The notes: generated from the sequence alone by a model not told the origin. 64,000 nucleotides of DNA from Patescibacteria group bacterium (GCA_038065315.1 JBBTRF010000001.1:33642-97641); one strand, 5' to 3'; numbered from the stretch's first letter, positions 37,948-48,073 are shown. A program made the numbers and translations.

Positions 37948-39756
37948 CTACCCCTGCTTCTGCGACTTCAACCGATCGCCTTCTTTCAAGAAGCGCTTGC
38001 GGAGGCGGGTTTTGGTAGGGGTGATCTCGAGATAGTCGTCCTCGGCCATGATTTCCATGCCGCGTTCAATATTGAGTTTCAGGGGCGGCGTGAGCAACAC
38101 CAAGCCGTCGGAACTCTTCTGTCGCATGTTGGTGAGCTGCTTGGCTTTCACAGGATTCACCGCCATGTCCTCACCCTTGGTGACATTACCCACGACCATA
38201 CCCTCGTACAGCTCGTCGCCCGGTTCGATGTATAGCGAACCACGTTCCTGCAATTTTTCGAGAGAATAGGCGATCGCCTTGCCGTTTTCCATAGACACCA
38301 TTGAGCCAAAAGAAGTGCGCTGCACTTCGCCGGCCCATGGTCGGAACTCCAAGAATCGGGAAGACATAATACCTTCGCCTCGAGTGTCCACCACAAACTG
38401 TCCGCGATAGCCAAGCAGACCTCGAGTCGGCATTTCGAAGACGATACGAGTCGTGCCATCGCCTTCCTTCATCTGTGTCATCATGCCACGTCGCTCCGAA
38501 AGTGTCTTAATGATCGCACCCGTCACTTCCGGCTTCACATCGATGATCACTTCCTCAAACGGCTCGAGCTTCTTGCCACCCTCTTCCTTCACAATGACCT
38601 GCGGCTGAGAGATCTGCACTTCGTAGCCTTCGCGTCGCATATTTTCAAGCAAAATAGAAATGTGAAGCTCGCCTCGGCCGTACACCTTGAAAAAGTCGTT
38701 GGCGGCGAAATCCACCTTGAGACCGACGTTCACTTCGAGCTCTTTTTCGAGTCGCTCACGGATCTGTCGGCTGGTGACAAATTTGCCTTCGCGGCCGGCG
38801 AAAGGTGAGTCGTTGACCAAAAAATTGAGGGAAATAGTCGGTTCGTCGATCTTGATGGTCGGCAACGGGGTGGCATCAGCCGCACCGCAGATGGTCTCGC
38901 CGATGTAGATCGAAGGAAGACCGGCGATCATCGCGATGTCGCCTGCGAATGCCTCTTGCACCTCCTTTCGAGCGGTACCTTCGAAGGTGAAAATCTTGGT
39001 GATCTTTCCAGTGACGGTTTCCGCCCCGTCCTTCTTAATGAACACCTGCTGCGCCATCTTCACGCTACCTTCCTGGATGCGGCCGATCGCCATACGTCCG
39101 AGAAAGTTGTCGTATGCGAGGTTAAACGCCTGCATGCGGAGTGGCTTGGCTTCGAGCGCGTCGTGAGTGGCCTGGTCGGTGCCGTTGGCTGAAGGGACAA
39201 GCTTCAAAATAGTATCCAAAAGCGGGGTGAGGTCGGCACTTTCGTCGGTGAGCTTCATTTTCGCGATACCCTGGCGGCCGATCGCGTAGACGGTGGTGAA
39301 ATCGAGCTGCTGGTCGTTGGCGCCGAGCTCCATGAAGAGCTCGAGGATTTCTTCGTGCGCTTCTGCGGGTCGAGCGGCCGGCTTGTCGATCTTGTTGAGC
39401 ACGACGATCGGCTTGAGTCCCAATTCGAGAGACTTCTTGAGTACGAAACGAGTCTGCGGCATTGGACCTTCCTGCGCGTCTACCACGAGCAGCACCGTGT
39501 CGATGGATCGCAACACACGCTCCACTTCGGAACCGAAGTCGGCGTGACCCGGGGTGTCCACGATGTTGATCTTGGTGTCCTTGTAGTAGAGGGAAGTGTT
39601 TTTCGCGTAAATAGTAATGCCGCGCTCTAGTTCGAGAGCGTTGGAGTCCATGCTGGCACCTTCTTCAGCCGCTCCATTTTGTTTCAATAGAGCGTCGGTG
39701 AGGGTGGTCTTACCATGGTCCACGTGGGCGATGATGGCGATGTTGCGAATTTCCAT
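37948..39756 (-). CDS. typA: Translational GTPase TypA/BipA
   Basis: AIIAHVDHGKTTL, DTPGHADF, NKID G-motifs plus BipA C-terminal domain. Confidence 0.9.
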   Translation of the reverse strand: MEIRNIAIIAHVDHGKTTLTDALLKQNGAAEEGASMDSNALELERGITIYAKNTSLYYKDTKINIVDTPGHADFGSEVERVLRSIDTVLLVVDAQEGPMPQTRFVLKKSLELGLKPIVVLNKIDKPAARPAEAHEEILELFMELGANDQQLDFTTVYAIGRQGIAKMKLTDESADLTPLLDTILKLVPSANGTDQATHDALEAKPLRMQAFNLAYDNFLGRMAIGRIQEGSVKMAQQVFIKKDGAETVTGKITKIFTFEGTARKEVQEAFAGDIAMIAGLPSIYIGETICGAADATPLPTIKIDEPTISLNFLVNDSPFAGREGKFVTSRQIRERLEKELEVNVGLKVDFAANDFFKVYGRGELHISILLENMRREGYEVQISQPQVIVKEEGGKKLEPFEEVIIDVKPEVTGAIIKTLSERRGMMTQMKEGDGTTRIVFEMPTRGLLGYRGQFVVDTRGEGIMSSRFLEFRPWAGEVQRTSFGSMVSMENGKAIAYSLEKLQERGSLYIEPGDELYEGMVVGNVTKGEDMAVNPVKAKQLTNMRQKSSDGLVLLTPPLKLNIERGMEIMAEDDYLEITPTKTRLRKRFLKEGDRLKSQKQG

Positions 39757-39877
39757 TTGATTAAAAAGGGCCCCAATAGGCTAGGCGGGGCCGGATGAGG
39801 CTTATTTTTAACAAAAAAGCTCGCTTTTGTCAAACTGGGCTGTGGAAGCCGTGGTCGGACGAGGCGAGCTGTCCCAA

Positions 39878-40204
39878 TTATCCATTGGGGTATTTGGCGG
39901 AGGCGTGTGCTTTGGCGAGCCTGATCAGATCTCGCAGGCCCATCTGTGCGCCGTTGCTGGCGACTTTATGGATGGTTTCTGCCTTGTAGTGGCCATCCAT
40001 GATGAAATCCCAGCCAGTTTTTCGGAAACAGAGGCAGAAGATTGGCGTGGGTGTCTGGGTGGTGCTGGGCTGTGTTGTTTCGTGCGTGGTGGGTGGTGTG
40101 GTCGTCGGTGCCAAAAGCCCAAAGAGAATGACTTCTCCCGGACCTTGGCCACGCGTCCGCTCCATCTCCACCACCTGATACGGGGTGTCGGTCGGAGTGC
40201 TCAT
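39878..40204 (-). CDS. Hypothetical small protein
   Basis: Protein-like C-terminal half; weak support. Confidence 0.25.
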   Translation of the reverse strand: MSTPTDTPYQVVEMERTRGQGPGEVILFGLLAPTTTPPTTHETTQPSTTQTPTPIFCLCFRKTGWDFIMDGHYKAETIHKVASNGAQMGLRDLIRLAKAHASAKYPNG

Positions 40205-40321
40205 GAGGTAAGGTCCTTTCCAAGAAACTCAAATAGACAAAGAGCTGTTGAGTTTCCTTCTATTATTACATAGAATGCCAAGCATATGGGAGAAGCACCG
40301 AAAAATCCTCCGGCGGAGCTA

Positions 40322-40981
40322 ATGTTGGTCGACAAGCCAGCCGGTATCAGCTCTTTTGACGTGATTCGCCGATTGCAGAGAGAATCCGCCTACGCTGGCC
40401 GAAAAATGGGGCATGCCGGTACTCTCGATCCTTTGGCGACAGGGTTGATGATCATTGGTATTGATGGTGGGACGAAGCGTTTGGCGGAACTGCTCGGGCT
40501 GTCGAAAGTGTACGAAGCAGAATTCGTGGTCGGTATGCGGACCGATAGCGGAGATACGGACGGGCGGGTATTGGAGCAGTGGTCGACCGAGCAGGTGGCG
40601 ACATTTGGTGCTGGCATTACGGCAGAGCATATCGAGGCGGTGTTGGTTGGGATGAAGGGCGCGCTGCACTTGCCGGTACCGATCTACTCGGCGATTAAGC
40701 GCGGTGGGAAAAAGTTGTACGAATTGGCTCGCGCGGGGCAGACGGCAGAAGAGATCAAGCCACCGATGAAAGAAATGACGGTCGAGTCCGTACGATTTTT
40801 GGGATGGGAAAATACCGCCAATGGTCCGCGAGTGCGAGTGGAGCTCGGTGTGTCTAGTGGTACCTATATCCGCTCACTAGGAGAGGAGTTTGGCCGGCGC
40901 ATTGGCGCGCTGGTGACGATGAGTGCACTGCGGCGCACGAGTATTGGCGAATTTTCAGTGAGAGACGCGCGGAAAATCTAG
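40322..40981 (+). CDS. truB: tRNA pseudouridine synthase TruB-family protein (paralog 2)
   Basis: LVDKPAGISSFDV ... GHAGTLDPLATGLMII; C-terminal SGTYIRSLGEEFG. Confidence 0.8.
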   Translation: MLVDKPAGISSFDVIRRLQRESAYAGRKMGHAGTLDPLATGLMIIGIDGGTKRLAELLGLSKVYEAEFVVGMRTDSGDTDGRVLEQWSTEQVATFGAGITAEHIEAVLVGMKGALHLPVPIYSAIKRGGKKLYELARAGQTAEEIKPPMKEMTVESVRFLGWENTANGPRVRVELGVSSGTYIRSLGEEFGRRIGALVTMSALRRTSIGEFSVRDARKI

Positions 40982-41415
40982 TCGCGGAGTCCTTTTAGTT
41001 TGTGGGTCGGTCCGTATTCATTGGCCGAGTAGACAAAGAGAGCGAGAGCAACAAGAACAACATTTTTGATGATGTATTGGCCTTCGAGTGTTGGCGTGAG
41101 AAAGCCCTGCCAGGTCATCGCTGGAATAAAGAAGAGTGGCATCACGGTGGTGGCCATATGAATTACAAAAAGCCAGAAGGCGATTTTTTCGCAACGCGGA
41201 ATCAAAAAGAGGAGGCCGATGAGCATTTCAAAGAGGGCAAACCAAATAATAAAATTATCAAAAGACCAGAACGGCATTGTGGCGTGGAGCAGACCGGCGA
41301 CCAGCGGATTGGCGGGACTGAGGTCAAACAGCTTGAGGGCACCGAACCAGAAGTAGACGATAAAAAGTGCGAGTCGTCCGATAAGTGATGAGAGATGGAT
41401 GTGTTTTGGATTCAT
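40978..41415 (-). CDS. Small integral membrane protein (DoxX/YkgB-like)
   Basis: 4 predicted TM helices; start at MNPKHIHL. Confidence 0.5.
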   Translation of the reverse strand: MNPKHIHLSSLIGRLALFIVYFWFGALKLFDLSPANPLVAGLLHATMPFWSFDNFIIWFALFEMLIGLLFLIPRCEKIAFWLFVIHMATTVMPLFFIPAMTWQGFLTPTLEGQYIIKNVVLVALALFVYSANEYGPTHKLKGLRD

Positions 41416-41657
41416 TAAGCTAGTATAGCGCGCTCGCCGCTCGCGCGCTGTGGATTGCGAGAAGGTTTTGAGAATATTACGACCACAGACCGCCCCACCA
41501 CTCAAAGGTGTGGTGCATCAAAAGTGCCATAGGGATATAGATCGGCGCGAGAAGGATGAAGATGACTTTATTCACAGAAAAGAATCATAGGGTAAAATCA
41601 CCGCTTTGCCAAGGGAAATGTGGCCTAGACTGTGGACAAAATGCTATACTACCGAAC

Positions 41658-42815
41658 ATGGAAGCAAAGGATGGGGGACTTCATGTGGTGATCGCGACCG
41701 GCATTTTTCCGCCACAATCCGGCGGCCCGGCGACGTATTCGAAGTTGTTGGCCGATCGTCTGCCCGATTTCGGTCACACGGTAAAGGTAGTCAATTTTGG
41801 TTCGGTCTTGCATTGGCCGAAGGGTGTTCGACATGCGTTGTATTTCGCGAAGCTATTCACGGCCGCACTGCAGGCCGATGTTATCTATGCTCAGGACCCG
41901 GTTTCGGTTGGGTTGCCGGCTAAATGGGTGGCACACCTGCTTCGAAAACCGTTTTTACTCAAAATCGTCGGCGACTACGCGTGGGAGCAAGGCAGCCAGC
42001 GGTATGGTGTAACTGATACGCTCGATCATTTCTCGCTCGGTTCGGATTATCCGCTTGCTGTCCGCAAGCTCAAGCAGATTCAATTGGGAGTTGCGCTTGC
42101 CGCCGACAAAATCATCGTGCCAAGCGAATATTTGAAACGCATCGTCTCTGCGTGGGGTGTGCCGGCAGAAAAAATCACCGTGATTTACAATGGTTTCGAA
42201 TTGTCGAGTGTGGCAAAGGTTCCGGCGAAGCAACTAAATCTCGGCGCTCACTCTGTAGTGAGTGTTGGCCGCCTCGTGCCATGGAAAGGGTTTGATACGC
42301 TGATCGAGGCTGTCGCCAATCTCGCAGGACACATTACGACATCCGGGCAGAAGTCGTATTCGGACCTGCGTCTCTACATTCTCGGCGATGGTCCGGACCG
42401 TGCGACATTGGCACAAAGGGCGTCGGAGCTGAAAGCACCCGTCACGTTTTTGGGCAAGGTGGATCACGGGACGGTTTTGCAATATCTCGCTTCAGCAAAC
42501 GTCTTCGCTCTCAACACGGCCTATGAAGGTTTCTCGCATTTGTTACTTGAGGCGATGGCGATGGGTGTACCGATCATTACGACTCCAGTCGGGGGTAATG
42601 TTGAGCTTATCGCCGATGGCAAGAATGGATTGTTTGTGCCACAAGGCGATGTGCGCTCACTCGCGGATACGATTGAGAGAGTTTTGAAGGATGACCATCT
42701 CGCTCGACAGCTTTCAACGGCCGGGAAGTCGCGGGTAGCGGAATTTAGTGACGAGAAGATGCTGAGGGAGTTGCAGATCGTGCTCAGTTCACTCAAGGCT
42801 TCGAACTCGAAGTAG
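41658..42815 (+). CDS. GT4-family glycosyltransferase
   Basis: GT-B fold; EGFSHLLLEAMAMGVPIITT...GGNVELI motif. Confidence 0.8.
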   Translation: MEAKDGGLHVVIATGIFPPQSGGPATYSKLLADRLPDFGHTVKVVNFGSVLHWPKGVRHALYFAKLFTAALQADVIYAQDPVSVGLPAKWVAHLLRKPFLLKIVGDYAWEQGSQRYGVTDTLDHFSLGSDYPLAVRKLKQIQLGVALAADKIIVPSEYLKRIVSAWGVPAEKITVIYNGFELSSVAKVPAKQLNLGAHSVVSVGRLVPWKGFDTLIEAVANLAGHITTSGQKSYSDLRLYILGDGPDRATLAQRASELKAPVTFLGKVDHGTVLQYLASANVFALNTAYEGFSHLLLEAMAMGVPIITTPVGGNVELIADGKNGLFVPQGDVRSLADTIERVLKDDHLARQLSTAGKSRVAEFSDEKMLRELQIVLSSLKASNSK

Positions 42816-42893
42816 CTGAATTGTTGGAAAAAAAGAACCGACTCATCCCCTCACTTGTATGCAAGTGTTGTCGTGGGGTTGAGTCGGTTTTGC

Positions 42894-43151
42894 CTACCAC
42901 TCGGTTTCCGAAAAGTAGGCCCGGCCAGCTTTGTAAGTAAGGATGAACTTCCTTCGAACGGCAGGGAACTTGATCGTGAATACTTCGGCCGTCAGTTTCT
43001 TGAAGACATCTTCCGGCATGGAGATGCCATTTTTCCCGCCGGTGTGAATCAGCTCAGTCAGCTGAGCTTGGGCGAAGGCCGAAATCTTTCCTTGCCGTTT
43101 CAATTCTGCCAACTCCACGGCCCAGTTTCCTTCCGTCAGTTCGGGGGTCAT
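42894..43151 (-). CDS. Small hypothetical protein
   Basis: Strong SD (AAAGGAG) 4 nt upstream of the ATG; 85 aa. Confidence 0.5.
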   Translation of the reverse strand: MTPELTEGNWAVELAELKRQGKISAFAQAQLTELIHTGGKNGISMPEDVFKKLTAEVFTIKFPAVRRKFILTYKAGRAYFSETEW

Positions 43152-43265
43152 GAGACTCCTTTAGGTTGAGGGTTGTCTGCCGCAGGTAAGAGTATTCCTA
43201 TGATGACAAAGTGTCAATAAAGAGAGGTTTTCTCGACGAGAAATGGAGTTATCCACAGCGAGGGC

Positions 43266-43296
43266 TTTGACAGGTGAACGGATGTTCACCTATACT
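43266..43296 (+). promoter_or_regulatory. Promoter (TTGACA ... TATACT) overlapped by a Cheo-type LexA box GAAC-N4-GTTC
   Basis: ttgaca at 43266-43271; palindrome ggtGAACggatGTTCacc at 43273-43290; tatact at 43291-43296; upstream of the small ORF and lexA. Confidence 0.6.
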
Positions 43297-43352
43297 ATAT
43301 CCATACCAACGAAGAGACTTTATCAAACATATCAATATCCAAACACACCCCC

Positions 43353-43577
43353 ATGACCACCAACAAACAAGCGCAAAAGATGATCCGCTCAGAGATCGGC
43401 CTCCTCAACGCTATTATCGACCAGAAGATTGTCTACGGTCGATCCTACCGCCGAGAATCGCTCCGTCACCGCCAGCTGCTCGCTCAGCTCACTCGCCTTG
43501 AACGTACGCAGCTCGCGGGGTCTCAATGGGGCTGGCTCTCCCGATCGATGCGAACGGTTACCAGTTTTGTACTATAA
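43353..43577 (+). CDS. Small ORF upstream of lexA (possible SOS-regulated peptide)
   Basis: 74-aa ORF between the LexA box and lexA; no clear SD. Confidence 0.25.
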   Translation: MTTNKQAQKMIRSEIGLLNAIIDQKIVYGRSYRRESLRHRQLLAQLTRLERTQLAGSQWGWLSRSMRTVTSFVL

Positions 43578-44165
43578 TTGGGTATTGCAATTGCGACTAC
43601 CATGTATCCGCAGTACAAACAAAAGATCATCGCCTTCTACGAACGCCACAAGCGCATGCCGGCCTATGCCGAGATCATGGCACTTGTCGGTTTCAAATCG
43701 AAGAACGCGGTGTATAAATTGGTGAATCGTCTGGTGGAGGAGGGGATCGTGCAGAAGGATGCTACCGGCCGCCTCGTGCCGAACAGTCTCTTCAGTGAGG
43801 TGCCGTTTCTTGGATTGGTGGAGGCTGGTATTCCAACCAACGCAGACACGCTTTCAGATACCATGAGTCTCGATGATTATCTGGTCGGTGAACGCAGCAA
43901 GACCTTTGTTTTGGAAGTGAAAGGCGATTCAATGATCGAAGAGGGGATTAAAGAGGGCGATCTAGTAATCGTCGAGCGACGTGGTGAGCCGAAGGATGGT
44001 GATATTGTGATCGCCGAGATCGATGGTGGTTGGACGATGAAATATTTTCGCAAGCGCGGTGGTAAAACATATCTTGAGCCAGCCAATCGCACCATGAAGG
44101 CGATGTATCCAGAATACGACCTCAAGGTGGCTGCTATTGTGCGCGGAGTGGTGCGAAAGTACTAA
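43578..44165 (+). CDS. lexA: LexA repressor (S24 peptidase)
   Basis: N-terminal wHTH; VKGDSMIEEGI (Ser) ... WTMKYF (Lys) catalytic dyad region. Confidence 0.9.
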   Translation: MGIAIATTMYPQYKQKIIAFYERHKRMPAYAEIMALVGFKSKNAVYKLVNRLVEEGIVQKDATGRLVPNSLFSEVPFLGLVEAGIPTNADTLSDTMSLDDYLVGERSKTFVLEVKGDSMIEEGIKEGDLVIVERRGEPKDGDIVIAEIDGGWTMKYFRKRGGKTYLEPANRTMKAMYPEYDLKVAAIVRGVVRKY

Positions 44166-44236
44166 AATACTACAGAACGAAACCAGGCAGGCGTGAACTA
44201 TACGGGATGCTTTTTGAGGCGTATAATCATCCCATT

Positions 44237-44485
44237 ATGCAAGACACAAACAAAAACGCTATCTGGATTTTCGTCGTTATTATCGTTGTTCTTGGCCTTA
44301 TCTGGGCAACCAGCTCAAAGTCAAAGAGCGACACTTCAATGGAGACCGCGTCTACCACCCCTATAGTGAGTGATGAAAATGTCATTGATATGACAGATTC
44401 AGACGTAGTCACGACTCCTGGTGCTGTGGACTCAACAGTGAACACCCCAACCCTTCCTGCGGCAGGCGTGGGTCCAAAGAACTAG
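44237..44485 (+). CDS. Small membrane-anchored protein with T/S-rich ectodomain
   Basis: Single N-terminal TM (IWIFVVIIVVLGLIW). Confidence 0.4.
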   Translation: MQDTNKNAIWIFVVIIVVLGLIWATSSKSKSDTSMETASTTPIVSDENVIDMTDSDVVTTPGAVDSTVNTPTLPAAGVGPKN

Positions 44486-44528
44486 TTTCGAACTGTAATA
44501 GAGGAGTACGGCATTCGGCTTCAGTGGT

Positions 44529-45128
44529 GTGCAAGATACGAACACCATTTCTGTCTCCTCTGTGCAACTGATCCCATACACATTGTTTGGTTTGTTTCTC
44601 GTATCTAGCATTCTTTGGACACCTTTCTTCATGAGTTTTTTCGAGACAGCCCCTCGAGCTGCCGCTTATTCTGATGTGTCTATCGGAATTCCCGTTCAAA
44701 TCAAAATACCAAGTATACATGTTGATGCTCCCATCGAAGCTGTCGGCCTCACTTCTGGAAGTGCACTGGGCATTCCAAAAGATTCAGCGAATGTCGCTTG
44801 GCACAAACTCGGTCCTCGCCCAGGAGAAAAGGGAAGTGCAGTCATCACCGGACATTTTGGCTGGAATAATAATCTGCCGGCAGTGTTTGATAACCTGTCT
44901 CTCATGCAAAAAGGTGACCTCATTTCTACCGAAGACGGAAATGGTCGAATGACGGAGTTTGTTGTGCGCTCAATTCGAATCTATGGCTCGGACGAGACTA
45001 TCCCCGAGGTGTTTGTCTCAGATGACGGAAAAGCGCACCTCAATCTCATCACTTGTACAGGAGTTTGGGATGTCTTGAAGCAGACATATTCTCAGCGACT
45101 TGTTGTGTTTGCCGAACGAAAAATCTAG
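44529..45128 (+). CDS. Sortase-family transpeptidase
   Basis: N-terminal TM; ITGH ... LNLITCTG (TLxTC active-site Cys). Confidence 0.75.
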   Translation: MQDTNTISVSSVQLIPYTLFGLFLVSSILWTPFFMSFFETAPRAAAYSDVSIGIPVQIKIPSIHVDAPIEAVGLTSGSALGIPKDSANVAWHKLGPRPGEKGSAVITGHFGWNNNLPAVFDNLSLMQKGDLISTEDGNGRMTEFVVRSIRIYGSDETIPEVFVSDDGKAHLNLITCTGVWDVLKQTYSQRLVVFAERKI

Positions 45129-45673
45129 GCGCCGCTATGGAGGATTTTCATCTTTTCGATTCCGCGATGCACCTGCACGGCCATGGCATTTCTCGATTGT
45201 CCGGTGAGAGTCGCCATTTCTTCGAGTGACAAATCTTGCACAAAGCGCATGCGCATGATTTTCTGGTATTTCACCGGCAAAAGCTGGATCAAGGCGATCG
45301 CTCGCTTGCCGTCCAATGTGTTGATGAGACGCTCAGAGTCGGGTGCTGCGGGCTCAAAACCTTTTTCGAGAAGATCGTCGAGTGACGAGGCTTTATTTTT
45401 TCGATACTGGTCGATAATGAGGTGGTTGAGAACGTGATAGAGGAAAGACTTCATGACATCGATCTTGCCCCCCTTGGCGAGATACTTCCATGTTTTCAAA
45501 AATGTGTCCTGTACTAGGTCTGCTCCGATCTCACGGTCGTGGACTTTAAAGTATGCATGCGAATTAAGGCCTTTCTCAAAGTCGTGGTGGTGCCAGATGC
45601 ACTTCGTAACGCGCCAGGTGTTCAGCAAAACGCGAGTGAGCCTGTCACCGTCAGTTACACACTCGATACTCAA
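45125..45673 (-). CDS. ECF-type sigma-70 family factor
   Basis: Region 2 (DLVQDTFLKTWKYL) and region 4 HTH (LSLEEMATLTGQSRNAMAVQVHRG). Confidence 0.7.
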   Translation of the reverse strand: MSIECVTDGDRLTRVLLNTWRVTKCIWHHHDFEKGLNSHAYFKVHDREIGADLVQDTFLKTWKYLAKGGKIDVMKSFLYHVLNHLIIDQYRKNKASSLDDLLEKGFEPAAPDSERLINTLDGKRAIALIQLLPVKYQKIMRMRFVQDLSLEEMATLTGQSRNAMAVQVHRGIEKMKILHSGA

Positions 45674-46660
45674 GGGAAATTGATCGCGACTCCAATATTG
45701 CCAAGCACAACCGCAGATTGGAAAACGTACAGAAATGAGAAGTATGGCTTTGAGCTAAAGATCCCTTCTTTTTTCGGAGAATTTGCAGATCGGACCGCAC
45801 AAGGTGCACTGTACAGTGCACGAGTCTCGGGAGTCATGTTGCCTGAAGAAAGTGGCCACGCTCTAAGTGTAACTATCGGTGTCTATAATCTCGATAAATA
45901 CTCTTTTGCATCGGGTGATAAAAAAGTGTATGCGTATGATATCAGTTCAAATAAATGCGTTACTTATACCAAAGGGACTGAGGCAAACCTGGTGAATAAG
46001 GATTCGATCAAAATAAATGGTACGGAATGGTGTTATGTTGAAAATAAAACATATCCAGATGTTGGTTCCTATGGTTACTTCTTTGTAAATGAAACTGCGG
46101 ACTTGGTCATCGAAGTTCTGTACACATATGAAATGAATCCAGTATCAGATCCGAGACCAGCGAAGCCAAAGGTTGATTTAAAGGACATTGTTTCTACCTT
46201 TAAATTGAGCCATCCTTCCACTAAAACGACGACTGAAATGAGTGTGAATATTATGGTTCCCAGGGATATGGATGCGTATGAAAAGGCGATGAATGAGTAT
46301 ATCTTCGACGGCAAGCCCAATCCCTCAGGTTCGTGGCCCTTTGTTAAAAAGCAGGTCACTGTCACTGTTCCAAAGGATACAGATATAATGAAGGCGAGTG
46401 TACAGGCTGTTGCCGAGGTAATAGATACACAGGGAGGTTTTCAAGGGTCGCGAGTTGTTTACTTTAAATTGGTGAATGGTACAGCATACATATTACTTGG
46501 AATGGACCTCGATGGATGGGCCGGCGTATCTGTGAGTCTTGCGAAAATTAAACCGTTGGTAGAAAAGACCTTGCTCCAGTTTCCAGGAATCACTTCTGTA
46601 ACATTCAGCCCAGCGCCAGGTGATACCATGGATTCGATTTCACATTCACTCCTCGATTGA
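45539..46660 (+). CDS. Secreted hypothetical protein (start uncertain; overlaps the sigma gene on the opposite strand)
   Basis: ADWKTYRNEKYGFELKIP motif common in small-genome bacterial secreted proteins; C-terminal GerMN-like region. Confidence 0.5.
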   Translation: MDFKVCMRIKAFLKVVVVPDALRNAPGVQQNASEPVTVSYTLDTQGKLIATPILPSTTADWKTYRNEKYGFELKIPSFFGEFADRTAQGALYSARVSGVMLPEESGHALSVTIGVYNLDKYSFASGDKKVYAYDISSNKCVTYTKGTEANLVNKDSIKINGTEWCYVENKTYPDVGSYGYFFVNETADLVIEVLYTYEMNPVSDPRPAKPKVDLKDIVSTFKLSHPSTKTTTEMSVNIMVPRDMDAYEKAMNEYIFDGKPNPSGSWPFVKKQVTVTVPKDTDIMKASVQAVAEVIDTQGGFQGSRVVYFKLVNGTAYILLGMDLDGWAGVSVSLAKIKPLVEKTLLQFPGITSVTFSPAPGDTMDSISHSLLD

Positions 46661-46780
46661 TCAACGGTGAACATGTGTTCAGATAGTTGAATAAAAAACC
46701 GCCGTGGTCCAGCAGTGTGCCAGACTCGTGCGGTGATGGGAGGGATTGCCGTGCAGTGCAGCGCAATGCACCGACTTCGG

Positions 46781-47605
46781 CTATCGGCCAGTTTGCGCCT
46801 TCAGCCAAGGGTCGAAGGTGAAGGGTTTGACCAGTCGTTCATGCAGACAGAGGTGAATGATCTCCGTCGTATCCATGACGACATCTCGTTCGAGCCCGTC
46901 GATTTTTTCGAAAGCCTCGCGAGAAAGCCGCCGTGTCAATTTCTTTCTCCGGTCTTCGACCCTGCCGATGGGGATGTTCAGCGCCTCCGCAATTTCCTTG
47001 TTGTCGGAACCTCGGCCGACGAGCAAGAGGAGTTGGAATTCCCCGTCACTCAATTGGACAACGGGGGTCAGTCGTGCACCCCCGCGAGCGGTGATCGTGC
47101 GGACCCTTGTCACACCGAGTGCGAGACCAATGCGGATCAGCCTACCTGTCGTGCCAGGAAAGTTTGGCACGAGCTTCCGGATCTTCCGGTTGAGGCTCGC
47201 GCATTGCGTTTCCACGATCGGAGGACTTTTCCGGTCGGTATTCCTGATCGCCGGGTGGACCTCTCCTCTGCAGATGTCAAACAGAACAGCACGTTCTTCT
47301 TGGTCGAGGCTCTCGAGCAGTTTCTTCAAAGGATCTTTTTCCTGAGGCCGGCCATTTTTCAGGCCATGACCGTTTGTCTGGCCGTTCCCGTCTTCCACCC
47401 CGACATACCTCAGGGATCTCCAGGGGGCCTGGTCTCTCGATTGCCAGCGACCGTTCAGTTTTCGTTGCAGACCACTTTCTATGATCTCACCAAGTGTTCC
47501 GAGTGCCATAGGGGGAGGTTCCTTTCTCAAGGTCGCGTTTCTTGGCTGCCGTTGTGGCAAAAAGCAAAGCATCAACAGGATGCTGCCGACTTTCATACTA
47601 CTCAA
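46781..47605 (-). CDS. LuxR-family HTH regulator with N-terminal signal/TM segment
   Basis: LSDGEFQLLLLVGRGSDNKEIAEALNIPIGRVEDRRKKLTRRL LuxR/GerE HTH. Confidence 0.6.
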   Translation of the reverse strand: MSSMKVGSILLMLCFLPQRQPRNATLRKEPPPMALGTLGEIIESGLQRKLNGRWQSRDQAPWRSLRYVGVEDGNGQTNGHGLKNGRPQEKDPLKKLLESLDQEERAVLFDICRGEVHPAIRNTDRKSPPIVETQCASLNRKIRKLVPNFPGTTGRLIRIGLALGVTRVRTITARGGARLTPVVQLSDGEFQLLLLVGRGSDNKEIAEALNIPIGRVEDRRKKLTRRLSREAFEKIDGLERDVVMDTTEIIHLCLHERLVKPFTFDPWLKAQTGR

Positions 47606-47785
47606 AAACAGAGGTTTTGCAAGGTTTTTATTGCACAGGTTTCGGGCCTCGTCGTCAGTGCCCGCCCACTCAATTTTGATGAAATTTCTATCGAAAAATA
47701 CGGCGCATATCGCTTTGAGATAAAATCCGTATGAGTTTTTTGCTTGCGTTTTAACAATTGGCTCTTGTATACTATTGCAACAAAG

Positions 47786-48049
47786 ATGATATCAAAAAAT
47801 ACAAAAGAAAATCAGAAAGCACTCATCTACCAGGCGAAAGACGGGGCCATCGAGCTGCGTGGCGATTTTCCCCATGAGACGGTCTGGGCGACGCAGGCGC
47901 AAATCGTCAGGCTATTTAACATTGATCAGTCTGTAGTATCTAGGCATATCAATAACCTTTTCAAGGATGGTGAGATTGAAGAAAAAAGCAATATGCAAAA
48001 AATGCATAATGCAAATTCCGATAAACCAGTGAGTCTTTACTCACTGTAA
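47786..48049 (+). pseudogene. Truncated RhuM-family N-terminal fragment
   Basis: ALIYQAKDGAIELRGDFPHETVWATQAQIVRLF...HINNLFKDGEI aligns with the N-terminus of the full RhuM protein at 22163-23200 but stops after ~88 aa. Confidence 0.6.
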
Positions 48050-48073
48050 TATTCTCCTCGCCCCAGCGTCTGT

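Noticed and set aside
39827-40273. 148-aa plus-strand ORF between typA and truB2
   Set aside because: Low-complexity Gly/Cys/Arg-rich translation typical of an antisense frame; the opposite-strand 108-aa ORF is only weakly better and is reported at low confidence.
44440-44485. LPAAG near the C-terminus of the small membrane protein upstream of the sortase
   Set aside because: It resembles an LPxTG sorting motif but lacks the following hydrophobic stretch and basic tail, and the protein is N-terminally anchored; probably coincidental.
46715-47734. 339-aa plus-strand ORF covering the LuxR-family gene
   Set aside because: The minus-strand frame carries a clear LuxR/GerE HTH; the plus frame is a GC-rich antisense artefact.
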